DNA of 64,000 bases from an uncultured virus (IMG/VR IMGVR_UViG_3300029931_000005) (IMGVR_UViG_3300029931_000005); one strand, 5' to 3'. Numbered from the stretch's first letter, positions 9,594-19,267 are shown. Translations and numbers: made by a program. The notes: generated by a model not told the origin, from the sequence alone.

Positions 9594-10193
9594 TCAGTCG
9601 CCTAATTTGTTAATCGTGTAGCTGAAACGGCCGTACCCAGCGTTGCGCCACTGGCCAAGACCGCGATTCTCACCATAGTCCAGCCACTCGCGCAGCAGCT
9701 GCTCGGAGATGCTGCCACCCAGCGCGTTGATGGTGAACTCCAACACCGTCCCCGCCGGCACTGTGTCCGACCGCGCCAGGGTCACCCGCTCGCCCTGGGC
9801 CGTTTGGGCACGCAACGGCCGTTCCAGGACACCCATGCCATCGCCATTCACCCGAATGGGAATCTGCCGGGGAGTGATGAAAACCAGCCCGTCGATCTCC
9901 TTCTTGTACGCCCGAACCTTGGATGATTCGCTTTTGTCCACCCGACGCAGCATGCCGCAGGCGTCCTTGAAGAAGCCCTTGACAACGTAGTCATAGATGA
10001 TGGGTTTCCCATCGACCTGGTGGAATCCGGTCCAACCCTTCTCCTCGGCGTGCTCGACAGATTCCAGCTCCTCGGCGGCCTGCTCGTCGGTGAGGGCCGC
10101 TTTGGTCATGATGTGCGAGGCGTAAACCTCGGGGTCTTTGGGCACGGTGCCCAACATCGGCTCTAAAAGTGTGAGTGTTACCTGATATTTCAT
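9594..10193 (-). CDS. stand-alone Cas7-like RAMP-superfamily protein
   Basis: first strand YQVTLTLLEPMLG, GKPIIYDYVVKGFFKDA (RAMP P.I.gss.KG..R equivalent), DTVPAGTVLEFTI, C-terminal Gly-rich loop GLGQWRNAGYGRF. Confidence 0.8.
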   Translation of the reverse strand: MKYQVTLTLLEPMLGTVPKDPEVYASHIMTKAALTDEQAAEELESVEHAEEKGWTGFHQVDGKPIIYDYVVKGFFKDACGMLRRVDKSESSKVRAYKKEIDGLVFITPRQIPIRVNGDGMGVLERPLRAQTAQGERVTLARSDTVPAGTVLEFTINALGGSISEQLLREWLDYGENRGLGQWRNAGYGRFSYTINKLGD

Positions 10194-11281
10194 CGCGCTT
10201 TTTCCTTTGTTGTGAATAGGTTTAGCTGGACGTAAGGCACGTCCTGCAAGGTATTGATATAAGTCCGCACACGCTCATCCACGGCCGTTACCACTGGCTC
10301 CGGATCGGGGGCAGCCTCATTAATCACTTCGTCGGGTTCAATCGGGTCCATAACTGGCGGGGCGGCTGGGCTTTCTTCGGTCGCTGGATCGGGCTTCCAC
10401 TCACCAGCATGAAACTGCTGCATGATGCGCTCCTGCTCCAGGTAGAACATTGGTGCCCACACGCCGTTCAGGCCATAAAGCATCATGTTGATTTGTGCCA
10501 TCCTGACGCAGGTGACATCAATGTCCTGGCCAAAGAACTGGACCAGCCCCATATTGATCATCCAGGGGGGAGTGTTTCTCGCGTAGGCCAGGAACATCAC
10601 GCCGCTGCCACATGCGGGATCGTGGACCTTTACTGGCTCATAATGGGAGAGTATGTGAGGCAGGATACGGGTGGTGAAATAAGCGCGGTAAATGGTCTCG
10701 TCACTCATCACCGAGTAAGCCAGGCCAGCCATCAGGCGCGCCTGGGCCGGGATTGACTTACTGATAGCCTCGACCAGATTCTTCTGGACTTCGGCGGCGG
10801 GGCCACCCAGTACACTGGCCATGAGATCGGCCACGTGGAATGGGGTGAAAAACTGGCCGTTCCATTTATTGGCCACGCCCCATTCCTGGTAACAGTCGCC
10901 CACGGTATCCCAATAGCCATCGGCTGTGGTTTGCCATAGTGCGGCCGTTGCCTGGGCAAAATAATCAAAGGGGTTGGTGCGGCGGGTGGAACCGTCGCCG
11001 TAGCGGTGGCGCAGCCGCGCGAAGAGTTTTACGGACTCTTCCGGCTCCTCGTAGGGTGCCTGATCCAGGGTGCAGCGAAAGCGATCACGCACGCTGGTCA
11101 GGGAATCCAAAACTAGGTCCAGCCAGTCGTCAAAAATTTGCCAGGGGGTTGAGCCGTAGGCGGTTAGCCGCTCCAGGTTCTTTAGGATTTCCTTGCGGGC
11201 CGCATCGCGGCTCGGGGAAAATGGGGGTAAATTTTGCTGCGCATCGCTAACGCGGCGAGCATAATCAATAGTTGCTGTCAT
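10190..11281 (-). CDS. N-6 DNA methylase (HsdM-like) domain protein lacking a visible NPPF/Y motif
   Basis: GQFFTP, DPACGSG, GQDID..CVRMAQIN; no catalytic motif IV seen. Confidence 0.75.
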   Translation of the reverse strand: MTATIDYARRVSDAQQNLPPFSPSRDAARKEILKNLERLTAYGSTPWQIFDDWLDLVLDSLTSVRDRFRCTLDQAPYEEPEESVKLFARLRHRYGDGSTRRTNPFDYFAQATAALWQTTADGYWDTVGDCYQEWGVANKWNGQFFTPFHVADLMASVLGGPAAEVQKNLVEAISKSIPAQARLMAGLAYSVMSDETIYRAYFTTRILPHILSHYEPVKVHDPACGSGVMFLAYARNTPPWMINMGLVQFFGQDIDVTCVRMAQINMMLYGLNGVWAPMFYLEQERIMQQFHAGEWKPDPATEESPAAPPVMDPIEPDEVINEAAPDPEPVVTAVDERVRTYINTLQDVPYVQLNLFTTKEKAR

Positions 11282-11327
11282 TTCTCAGTTTCTCCCCCCA
11301 CCCCGGCGGCCTGCCAGCCATGTGCCG

Positions 11328-11357
11328 GGGTGGGTTAATGTGATTTATTTAGGTCAA
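11328..11357. repeat. 30-bp direct repeat, copy 1 (copy 2 at 13240-13269)
   Basis: GGGTGGGTTAATGTGATTTATTTAGGTCAA; 28/30 identical to copy 2. Confidence 0.9.
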
Positions 11358-11361
11358 TTTA

Positions 11362-13197
11362 CTACTTTTCGAGACGCTTACGAATCATTCGCCATGCTTT
11401 ATCATTGTCCTCTCCTAACGGTCGTTTCCAGATATTTTTCTTTTTCCACCACTCGACAGCTTCCCACACGGCCGCTTCCTCAAAACCCTCAATACGGGCA
11501 AGGTGTCCAACGAACTCCGCCTCTAGCTTGGTTTCTTCCAGGCGCTGCCGATAGATTTGATACAGCACTGGCAAGACTTCCATGTACCGGCGGCGCTCCA
11601 CACGACGGCCGATGTAGAACGACACTTCTTCCAGCGTGATGTCATCGTAGTTCAGAATGAATCCATCAAATTCCGACAATAAGAACGAGACGCGCTTCTT
11701 GCGAGTATCGTACGTAGCCCACCCCCACCTGTCACGACTAAGCACGTCGTCGCCTGGGTTAAAAAGAATTTTGTAGAGCGTCTCTCTTTGTGTAGTCGAG
11801 TACCGACGAAGCCGGCTAACGACCTCTACTACCTTGTATATGCCTGGCTCTGGCAGCGGCGGGCACGTATTCAGAAAGCGATTGTCGAATCGGCATTTCC
11901 ATTCATCTTTATTTTCCCATCGGTATCGCCCAGGAATATCGGCCAGCAGAACACGTGAGCCGCGCGTGAGCCGCGCGTTTAGTTTCTCTCGCCAGGTAAA
12001 GTAATCGTCCCAACCATCTGGAAGAGACATAGTTTCATAGTCGCGATGCAAGACGATGCGCCCAGATTCGTAATCACTCTCGGCAAACATATCGAGATTA
12101 GACGGCTTCGGATTCATGACATCGGTGCGGTCCACGAGGCCCTGGAGCAGAGCGACACGGCTTTGCCAATGAATCATGTCTTGTTTCGTTTTCATTATCT
12201 CATCTTCATATTCGGACTCCTCGGCCTTAGCGATCGCCTCGACAATCTGCTGCCATGTGTCGAGTTCTGGAAAAAGCACATCGCCATACACCAAGCCGGT
12301 CTCTATGCGGTAGAAGATATCCCCGTTGCGAATCAGCAAATATACGGCGTTGTTCCGCGCCTTGGCCTCCATGTTTGCAAAGGCATCACCGTAGTCGCGA
12401 AATTGGCGGCTCGGCTTAATCCCTACGATGCACTTCTCGTATGGAAGAATGTTGCGCCAATTTCCGTCGCGCGTTACCCAATCGTCGAACACCTGAATGC
12501 TGTGGAAGTCCACACCGACCTGCCCGCCGCGACGCAGCTCGACGTCACCAACCTCTTCATCCATCCACAAGATGGTTTGCAAGATATGAATTGGCGTGTC
12601 AATTGGTGCCGGATCGCCATCCTTAATCTTGACGATTTGCTCGTACACACCAAGGTATGCTTCAATCATTTCCATGATTTTGTTCAGGTAGGCAACTCGC
12701 CGCTGCATCTTGACGGTTATCTGCCAGATTTCGTTTTTCTTGTGCTTGAGAATACGTTCCAGCATCATAGCTTTGTCTGCGACCACTTGGAACCTGGTTG
12801 CAGCTTGCATCATCTGGGCGCGATTTGCGGTCGATGCGATGATAGCTTTACTATCGCTGTCCTCAGCCATGTCTGGGTCCAGGAGTTCCGGGTTGTCGAA
12901 AAAAGCCTGATTGTCGCGAGCCGCCTTTTCAAACCCACCAGGGAGTTTGATATACTGTCTGGAATGTGCCAGGAAGCACGAGAGCGGCTCCGCCCTCGTG
13001 CTTCCCCAAGAGCTGCGCAGAATGACAAGGGTCTGCACTTTTTCGTTTTCGTACCCATTCTGCTTACCACGGCGCACCCCGACTACTGTGAAGATACGGC
13101 CGTCGCTGTCGATGTATTCTTCTTCTGGTTTCAGTCCTAATTCATTCTGAATCAGCTCAATATCTTCCACAGGTATCAGATCGCTATCTTCACTCAT
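11362..13197 (-). CDS. large hypothetical protein with coiled-coil segment
   Basis: ~610-codon ORF; no recognisable motif. Confidence 0.8.
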   Translation of the reverse strand: MSEDSDLIPVEDIELIQNELGLKPEEEYIDSDGRIFTVVGVRRGKQNGYENEKVQTLVILRSSWGSTRAEPLSCFLAHSRQYIKLPGGFEKAARDNQAFFDNPELLDPDMAEDSDSKAIIASTANRAQMMQAATRFQVVADKAMMLERILKHKKNEIWQITVKMQRRVAYLNKIMEMIEAYLGVYEQIVKIKDGDPAPIDTPIHILQTILWMDEEVGDVELRRGGQVGVDFHSIQVFDDWVTRDGNWRNILPYEKCIVGIKPSRQFRDYGDAFANMEAKARNNAVYLLIRNGDIFYRIETGLVYGDVLFPELDTWQQIVEAIAKAEESEYEDEIMKTKQDMIHWQSRVALLQGLVDRTDVMNPKPSNLDMFAESDYESGRIVLHRDYETMSLPDGWDDYFTWREKLNARLTRGSRVLLADIPGRYRWENKDEWKCRFDNRFLNTCPPLPEPGIYKVVEVVSRLRRYSTTQRETLYKILFNPGDDVLSRDRWGWATYDTRKKRVSFLLSEFDGFILNYDDITLEEVSFYIGRRVERRRYMEVLPVLYQIYRQRLEETKLEAEFVGHLARIEGFEEAAVWEAVEWWKKKNIWKRPLGEDNDKAWRMIRKRLEK

Positions 13198-13239
13198 TAG
13201 GTTCCTCGCCCTTCGCGCATCCTGACCCACCCCACACCA

Positions 13240-13269
13240 GGGTGGGTAAATGCGATTTATTTAGGTCAA
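13240..13269. repeat. 30-bp direct repeat, copy 2
   Basis: GGGTGGGTAAATGCGATTTATTTAGGTCAA. Confidence 0.9.
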
Positions 13270-13303
13270 CTTATTTGCTGCGCTTGCTGGCCATAACATG
13301 CCC

Positions 13304-13750
13304 CTAGGCGTCGATCTCCGTCCAGCCAAACTGCTGGCGCAGCCACTGCACCGCATCCTCTGTCAGTGGCTCGGTATAGCTGCAATTGCCAAGAGCGCGA
13401 TGGGCCACCTTTGCCGGATCGCCGTCCCCCTTTTGAATCCGCTCCAGAGCGTAGCGCAGGCGGTAAATAATCAGATTGGAGGACAAACGGCCGTATGATG
13501 GCTTGATGGTCACCTCAAACTCGCGCATGGTGGCTACATCGAAAAACTTCATCTCCAGGAATTTGATAGCGCCAGAGCTATCGAATATCTCGGTGCAGGA
13601 GCTGATAAACTCCACGAAGATGGGATGGTTCATATGGATTTCAGCCGTACTCTTCTCGACATCAACGCTCATCCGCTTGATATGCAAATCGACTTGTTTA
13701 CGCCGAAATGTCCGATTGAATAGATAGAAAAGTTTTCGCTTGAACATCAT
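13304..13750 (-). CDS. hypothetical protein
   Basis: GAGGAGG RBS, ATGA overlap. Confidence 0.6.
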   Translation of the reverse strand: MMFKRKLFYLFNRTFRRKQVDLHIKRMSVDVEKSTAEIHMNHPIFVEFISSCTEIFDSSGAIKFLEMKFFDVATMREFEVTIKPSYGRLSSNLIIYRLRYALERIQKGDGDPAKVAHRALGNCSYTEPLTEDAVQWLRQQFGWTEIDA

Positions 13751-14040
13751 GCCTCCTCGTCCATCCACGACGGCTTTTCCGTTTGGAGCAGCCACCAGGC
13801 ATCCACAGGGTATTCCTTACCTGTATTCAGATTGCAGATCGTCACCCGCGGCGAGCTCCACCAGTTGTTGGAGACTCTCAAGACCTCGGCTTCGATGAGC
13901 GCCCCGCCCCGATAAAACTGCACCACCGAACCTTTAGGGAAGGCAATGCACACGGCCGTGTGGTAATCTTTCTTTGCCTTGCCCAACTTTTCGGCCGCCA
14001 CGCGAACCCGCTGGATTGCTGCATCATCTACAAGTGCCAC
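13747..14040 (-). CDS. hypothetical protein
   Basis: GGAGG RBS, operon context. Confidence 0.6.
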   Translation of the reverse strand: MALVDDAAIQRVRVAAEKLGKAKKDYHTAVCIAFPKGSVVQFYRGGALIEAEVLRVSNNWWSSPRVTICNLNTGKEYPVDAWWLLQTEKPSWMDEEA

Positions 14041-14450
14041 GATAATCCTCCTGTCTTTTCACAATATGTTCCGTCACCACAAGGTCGTAGAGCGATTTCT
14101 TCGTTGTGGTAGTTAACGCTGTACGCTGGCCCATCTGGCAACTGGACAACCTTCACCTGTGCCCGGAACGTTCGACCCTTAACCGTGACTGTGGCCTTGG
14201 TAAACGATGGCTCTGGGCCGTCGCTCCAGCGCCAGGACCAGTTGCGAGGATGGCAGGTGTCGAAATTGCACAGCTGAGGAATGGATCCGCTGGTGACACT
14301 TGTCACCACCTCGATGGCCTTGTCCCGGTGAATGTGCTCGTTAAGAGAATGCACATTCCCGTTTCGCACCTCATCCAGATAGTAAAAGTGCCCGATACGG
14401 CTGACCTTGATGCGTGTCCCTGTTTGTTGTGATAACGTTGTTGGTAGCAT
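14028..14450 (-). CDS. hypothetical protein
   Basis: operon ORF. Confidence 0.55.
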   Translation of the reverse strand: MLPTTLSQQTGTRIKVSRIGHFYYLDEVRNGNVHSLNEHIHRDKAIEVVTSVTSGSIPQLCNFDTCHPRNWSWRWSDGPEPSFTKATVTVKGRTFRAQVKVVQLPDGPAYSVNYHNEEIALRPCGDGTYCEKTGGLSWHL

Positions 14451-14522
14451 TGTTCATGTACTCCGTGAATGATGTCAGGCCGTTCCTCGATGGTTGATCG
14501 CCTGCTCGGGGAACGGCCGTTT

Positions 14523-14888
14523 TTATTGTTGTTTGTTGGCATCCTGAGGATGCTGCTTAAATCCGTACACATGCCAAGGGTAGCCATCAAACGGTCGCGT
14601 CCCAGTGCGAATGGCTACAATCTCAATGCTTGGATCGTCAAAATACAGTTGCAAATATCTTTCTATGCGCCGTGCGGTGCGCCGGTTGCCACATTCGGCG
14701 ACGGCGGCTTCCCATGCGGACTCGTGCTTTTCTGGGTCATATTGCTCTAAGCGGTCATCATATTCCCAACGGAGGCCGTCAACTTGGTGGCCAAAAATGA
14801 TTGCGCCGTTTCCATCAAAAGCAGGATCGCTGTAGTGGGAGAAGGCGTACTCTGCCGTTTTGATGTTAGTGTGATAAAAATAACTCAT
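14523..14888 (-). CDS. hypothetical protein
   Basis: GAGGAG RBS. Confidence 0.6.
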   Translation of the reverse strand: MSYFYHTNIKTAEYAFSHYSDPAFDGNGAIIFGHQVDGLRWEYDDRLEQYDPEKHESAWEAAVAECGNRRTARRIERYLQLYFDDPSIEIVAIRTGTRPFDGYPWHVYGFKQHPQDANKQQ

Positions 14889-14914
14889 GCTACTACTCCT
14901 CTTTTGTCAGGTTT

Positions 14915-15802
14915 TTAGTTATGCTGAGAAATATACTTCGGATTGTGATACCCATCCGGCAGATAGCGTTGGAGGTCTTTTTTGATGTAATGCCGCACAC
15001 CCAGGCGGTTCACCAGCTCCAGGATACGATGCGTGTAGCTCTCCCAATCAGTGGTGTCCGTCATGGGCAGATAGTTGGCACGGCCGATCTTGTACAGGTC
15101 CACAAACTCGTGGGTGCGCTCGATAATGGCCAGGCTGCTCTCGGTGTCGAGTGTCGGTTCCAGGGATACCCAGGTGAAGATACCGGCATCATGAAATGCC
15201 TTGAGGGTAGCAATGCGATCGCCAGGAAGAGCGGCCCCCCGTTCCCATTTCAGAGAGAAGGTATCATCCAGGCTGGTGAGGGTGCTGGCAAAGGCATCCT
15301 GGCCCGGACGGAACATGCTCAGGTAGGGCAACGCGCGCTGGCCGCCCTTGGTCAACGTACAAACGCCAAGACCGTGGGCCTGTAGGATTTCAATGGTGGG
15401 GCCGGTTAGAGACATATCAGACGGGTTAAAGGGATCGGTGGTGAATGACATCATCACCTGCTCCTTAACACCCATTGCCTGATATTTTTTCGCGTCCTTG
15501 AGCAAATTCTTGAGGAAGTCTGGACGAGGAACGGCCGCTTCATCAAACTCCGACCGCTTCATGCGGAGCATGTCGGGCACATAACAATAACTGCACTTAT
15601 GGCTGCATCCCCGATACGGATTGGTGGCCAGCTTGCTGTACTCGCCTGCCCGCCCTCTGGGGGCGTAGATGATGGTGCAACCTTTGACACTCCACCCGTC
15701 CGGGTTAAGCGTATAGGGTGTTTTGGGCACAGGGATGCCCGAGGGGGTATCTTCCGACGCTGCCACGTCGAAAAACGACATTTGGTTGGTCATAGCTGTC
15801 AT
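14915..15802 (-). CDS. radical SAM protein (SplB-like)
   Basis: NPYRGCSHKCSYC (CxxxCxxC), SFTTDPF, LTKGG, TWVSLEP. Confidence 0.9.
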   Translation of the reverse strand: MTAMTNQMSFFDVAASEDTPSGIPVPKTPYTLNPDGWSVKGCTIIYAPRGRAGEYSKLATNPYRGCSHKCSYCYVPDMLRMKRSEFDEAAVPRPDFLKNLLKDAKKYQAMGVKEQVMMSFTTDPFNPSDMSLTGPTIEILQAHGLGVCTLTKGGQRALPYLSMFRPGQDAFASTLTSLDDTFSLKWERGAALPGDRIATLKAFHDAGIFTWVSLEPTLDTESSLAIIERTHEFVDLYKIGRANYLPMTDTTDWESYTHRILELVNRLGVRHYIKKDLQRYLPDGYHNPKYISQHN

Positions 15803-15871
15803 TTCTCCTGTGGGTTGTTCCCACGCTGTTGGAGCTGCCTCGCTTAGCCGCTGCCACGGCCGCAAGAAGCG

Positions 15872-16432
15872 TTATTCTTGCCGCGATTCGATAAACTCGT
15901 CTAGCTGCTCCTTGTCAAAATATTTGCCATCAATTCCTTGCTTGTATTCTAGCGCTCCGGTCTGAGCGTGGTACCAAACGGTTCGCTTGCTCAGCTCGAC
16001 GCCACGTTCGGCCAGGTACTCGATGGCTTCATCAATATTGTAATCGCCTGGCTCAGCAATCTTCGCCAGATCTTTCCGCCAGTAGACATAGCGGCTGCCA
16101 ATCTTCTGACCAGGGATGTTGTCTACCCTGGTGTGATAGTTTACGTTCACGATGTCCGTGCTCAGCAGCTCTGCCACTTCGGCCGAGCCCACAATATCCG
16201 GGGCCGGCTTGTCGGTGTGCCCGCCATTTTTGATGTAATCATCTAGCTGGGCACGGCCGTAAACCCACACGCCGCCGATGTTGGCCGGCTTAATCTTGCC
16301 ATGGCGGCGATGGTGGCGCAGGGTTGGCAGTGGGGTTTCGGTATACATGGCTGCATCGACCTCACCAAAGAGGCGCTTTTTCTCCGCCATATGATCCACT
16401 CCTAAAACTTCTTGATCTTCGAGGATTAACAT
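15872..16432 (-). CDS. DNA-binding protein with three tandem MerR/excisionase-like HTH repeats
   Basis: three repeats of the EAA.YL...TV.YH...G.I.....G...Y....LD.. pattern. Confidence 0.65.
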   Translation of the reverse strand: MLILEDQEVLGVDHMAEKKRLFGEVDAAMYTETPLPTLRHHRRHGKIKPANIGGVWVYGRAQLDDYIKNGGHTDKPAPDIVGSAEVAELLSTDIVNVNYHTRVDNIPGQKIGSRYVYWRKDLAKIAEPGDYNIDEAIEYLAERGVELSKRTVWYHAQTGALEYKQGIDGKYFDKEQLDEFIESRQE

Positions 16433-16474
16433 ACCATACCCCTTGTTTTTGCCCGTAGGCGTGACCTACAGGAT

Positions 16475-16502
16475 ATTATATAGACAAATAGAAATAATGC
16501 AA
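16475..16502 (-). promoter_or_regulatory. sigma70-type promoter TTGCAT-N16-TATAAT
   Basis: read directly in an AT-rich intergenic gap. Confidence 0.75.
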
Positions 16503-16562
16503 CACATTAGCGGAAAATAGGCCAAAACTGCTACCAGTGTGCCAGATGTCAATGCGGGTTAA

Positions 16563-17468
16563 CTACTCCGAATTGTCGTCGGGGGCGCGGCAACTCTGAC
16601 ACACATCGTCATCATCCAGGTCGGCCCACAGCTTGAACTCGCCACACTCGTCACAGTCAGCACCATGCTTGCGACTGCAATCTTCGCAGACCACCCCTAC
16701 CCCTGGCACACTGGCGTAATACTCGTTGTCGCGGTTATATGGCTCATGGCACCCCTCGCACACGTCCCAGGAATCGCCCATAAATCCATAGTGTTCCTGC
16801 AACAACCACATGATAGACGCCGCCTGCTCAGCCTCGATCGGCTTCCACCCCTCTATATGGCACAGGTCCGGGATACGGCCGTCCACCAGGAACTGCCACA
16901 GGGACATGAACTGCCACTCCTCGTGGCAGTCGTCACAGAGGGGAGTGGAAACAACAGTTGCGTCGTCACGTGACTGCCACTCCTGAATGATGTTGGTGGC
17001 CACGCTGCGACGACTCCCAGAGCAGCGAGCGCAGCGGACCGACTCCAGAACATTACGGCTCACATAAAACGACCCATGCGCGGGAAACTGAACCAGAGCG
17101 ATGTCGCCATATTTGCTGTCGGTCGAAACTACTCCTAGGGCACCTACAGGTACGGAGGGATTTTTGCCCCGATCGATAGGCTCAAGCAGCCTGGCAACTT
17201 GGCCCGGCCGAATCTCTTCCCAAAAGGGAACGGCAAGCCGGTGGCTGGGGCTGGTAAGCGTGAGGGCTGGCCACCGCTCCAGAAAAGCAGCGACTGTCAG
17301 CGTTTCGTACTTCACGCTACCGGCGGGAAACATTCTAATCACCAGCTGTATCGCGATCTCAACCATCGGCTGGCCAGTGTCCAGGTCCAGCCACATGGCG
17401 CGAATGCCGATGTGGTTATTGTCAATTCGGAAAAAGTTACCGACTTCCAGCTTGTTTTCGCTCATCAT
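16563..17468 (-). CDS. hypothetical protein with multiple CxxC motifs
   Basis: CARC, CDDC, CEGC, CEDC, CDEC, CQSC. Confidence 0.7.
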   Translation of the reverse strand: MMSENKLEVGNFFRIDNNHIGIRAMWLDLDTGQPMVEIAIQLVIRMFPAGSVKYETLTVAAFLERWPALTLTSPSHRLAVPFWEEIRPGQVARLLEPIDRGKNPSVPVGALGVVSTDSKYGDIALVQFPAHGSFYVSRNVLESVRCARCSGSRRSVATNIIQEWQSRDDATVVSTPLCDDCHEEWQFMSLWQFLVDGRIPDLCHIEGWKPIEAEQAASIMWLLQEHYGFMGDSWDVCEGCHEPYNRDNEYYASVPGVGVVCEDCSRKHGADCDECGEFKLWADLDDDDVCQSCRAPDDNSE

Positions 17469-17494
17469 TCACCTCAAATAACGGCAACGGCCGT

Positions 17495-17719
17495 TTAGCC
17501 CGTCTGCATCCACGTATTGACAATTGACAAAACGAGCATCAATGTTGAAACGATAGTCAAAAATGAAAAGGCATTTGCCCGAAACAAAAGTGGGCGATTC
17601 ATGCGGACAGAGCGATTCAGATCGCAGCGCATCTTCGCCCAGCTGGCCAGCAGGCCAAAGACAACCAGAAGCACCAACCATAACCAGGGACTCAAAATCA
17701 ACATATCAAGCTCCATCAA
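17495..17719 (-). CDS. small membrane protein
   Basis: two hydrophobic segments. Confidence 0.5.
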   Translation of the reverse strand: MMELDMLILSPWLWLVLLVVFGLLASWAKMRCDLNRSVRMNRPLLFRANAFSFLTIVSTLMLVLSIVNTWMQTG

Positions 17720-18584
17720 AAAGCGTCAACGGCCGTTTCTCGCTCTCTTTCTTTTCCTGGGCCAGCGCCTGTTGGGTACGGGGACAAAGCCACAAACATT
17801 CGGTGCGCATGTTGCCGGCATTATCCTTCTGCTGCCTCTCCACGCGCTGGTAGCCATAGGCCTCATACATTCGCTCGTACAACCGGCTGCGATACCCAGC
17901 CACAATGACATACCCCTTATGCTGGCGCAGCGTTTGTGCGGCCAGGCGGTGCCAGGCCGGGGTTGGCTCGTGGTTGTACCCCGTCTTGCGCGCACGCAGA
18001 TGGCGCAAGTAAGGCGGGTCAAAGTAAATGACACAATCTGGCTGGTCCAGGAAGAGCCGGATAAAGCGAATGGCATCCCGTTGAAAAATCTGCACACCCC
18101 GCAGCCGGTCTGCGGTCACATCCAGGTCAGATCGATCGATAATGTCCCACGGTGGTGGAGCATAGCGACTCTCAACATTTACCTGATAGCGAAAGTCCCC
18201 CGGCCGCGCCGTTGGGCCACCCTGGATGGTGAGCCAGCACAAGATAAAAAAACGGCGAGCATCTTCCAGCGGGTCTCTGGCCATAGGGATGCAGTTGGCC
18301 AGCTCGGCTTCGGCATAGGGCGTGTATCGAATCAACTCCAGCAGCCGGTGGCGATTGTCGCGCAGCTGCTGGAAAAAGTTGGTAACACGGCCGTCCCTGT
18401 CATTGATGGACTCTAGTCGCGCCTGCGGTTTACGCAGAGTGACAGAGCCAGGCCCAAACGTAGGATCGGCATAGTTCAGCCGCGCCGCCTGGGGAAAGAA
18501 TCCGATGGTCCAGGCGGCACGGGTCCACCCGCCGCCATACCATTGCAGGGCTGGCCGCTTGGGGGCATAACGACTTACTTTCAC
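17706..18584 (-). CDS. Dam-like (D12 class) DNA adenine methyltransferase
   Basis: WYGGG, DPTFGPGSV, ESINDRDG, YFDPPY. Confidence 0.9.
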   Translation of the reverse strand: MKVSRYAPKRPALQWYGGGWTRAAWTIGFFPQAARLNYADPTFGPGSVTLRKPQARLESINDRDGRVTNFFQQLRDNRHRLLELIRYTPYAEAELANCIPMARDPLEDARRFFILCWLTIQGGPTARPGDFRYQVNVESRYAPPPWDIIDRSDLDVTADRLRGVQIFQRDAIRFIRLFLDQPDCVIYFDPPYLRHLRARKTGYNHEPTPAWHRLAAQTLRQHKGYVIVAGYRSRLYERMYEAYGYQRVERQQKDNAGNMRTECLWLCPRTQQALAQEKKESEKRPLTLFDGA

Positions 18585-18793
18585 CGCTTTTTCTCTACAC
18601 CAGATGCATAGGGGCCACGGTCGCCATGTTTGCGGTTGAAGCTAACCTTTTCACCCTCTTCGAGATTTTTCTCGTATCTGGCCCCGTCTTTAATCTCGGA
18701 GTAATGGACGAACAGCTCCACACCGTCTAAGTCGCTGATAATAAAGCCAAAGCCCTTAAGCTTGTTGAACCATTTCACTACGCCAGTTTCCAT
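18581..18793 (-). CDS. cold-shock domain protein
   Basis: GVVKWFNKLKGFGFI (RNP1), LFVHYSEI (RNP2). Confidence 0.92.
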   Translation of the reverse strand: METGVVKWFNKLKGFGFIISDLDGVELFVHYSEIKDGARYEKNLEEGEKVSFNRKHGDRGPYASGVEKKR

Positions 18794-18856
18794 GCTGTCA
18801 CTCCTCGTTTGTTGGCCAAGCGCTGCCACGCTTAAACGGCCGTTTCTCAATAACGC

Positions 18857-19210
18857 CTAACTATTGGCTACCTCTTGATCTAAAGCACTAATGTCTACCA
18901 CGGTGCATTCGCGGGACATGAATGTGATGGGCAACGGTTGAACGTGAATGTAGCCTGGGCCAACCAGCTCGGCCACGGCCTCGCGGACCACAGCCTCATC
19001 GGTGGCCATGCAGATGTACTCAACGCGCTGGATGCCCCCGCCCGGCAAAAAGGCGATGGTGCTGGCCTTGAACGGCCGTCTGTCGGCCTCCTGGGTCAAG
19101 AGATCGATTACGAAATCTCGACCGCCACGAACGGCCTGGAGCTGAGCTCCAAGGTCTGCAATTGTGGTGCTAACGGGGAAATCTTCTTCTACGAATATCA
19201 TGGCTGTCAT
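18857..19210 (-). CDS. hypothetical protein
   Basis: starts at GGAGAAATGACAGC box. Confidence 0.6.
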   Translation of the reverse strand: MTAMIFVEEDFPVSTTIADLGAQLQAVRGGRDFVIDLLTQEADRRPFKASTIAFLPGGGIQRVEYICMATDEAVVREAVAELVGPGYIHVQPLPITFMSRECTVVDISALDQEVANS

Positions 19211-19267
19211 TTCTCCTGTTTGATTATTTGCCGCTTCTGCCAAAGCGGGGCTTTTACGCCGAATTGT

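Noticed and set aside
8643..9613. Long ORFs over the pentamer array (e.g. 8792-9613 +, 8989-9417 +, 9105-9359 -)
   Set aside because: Low-complexity Leu/Cys/Arg/Ala translations, mostly antisense to the operon; period 5 is not a codon periodicity and simply yields few stops
12046..13140. Long plus-strand ORFs (also 17517-18416, 23782-24534, 51276-52040)
   Set aside because: Antisense shadows of well-supported minus-strand genes
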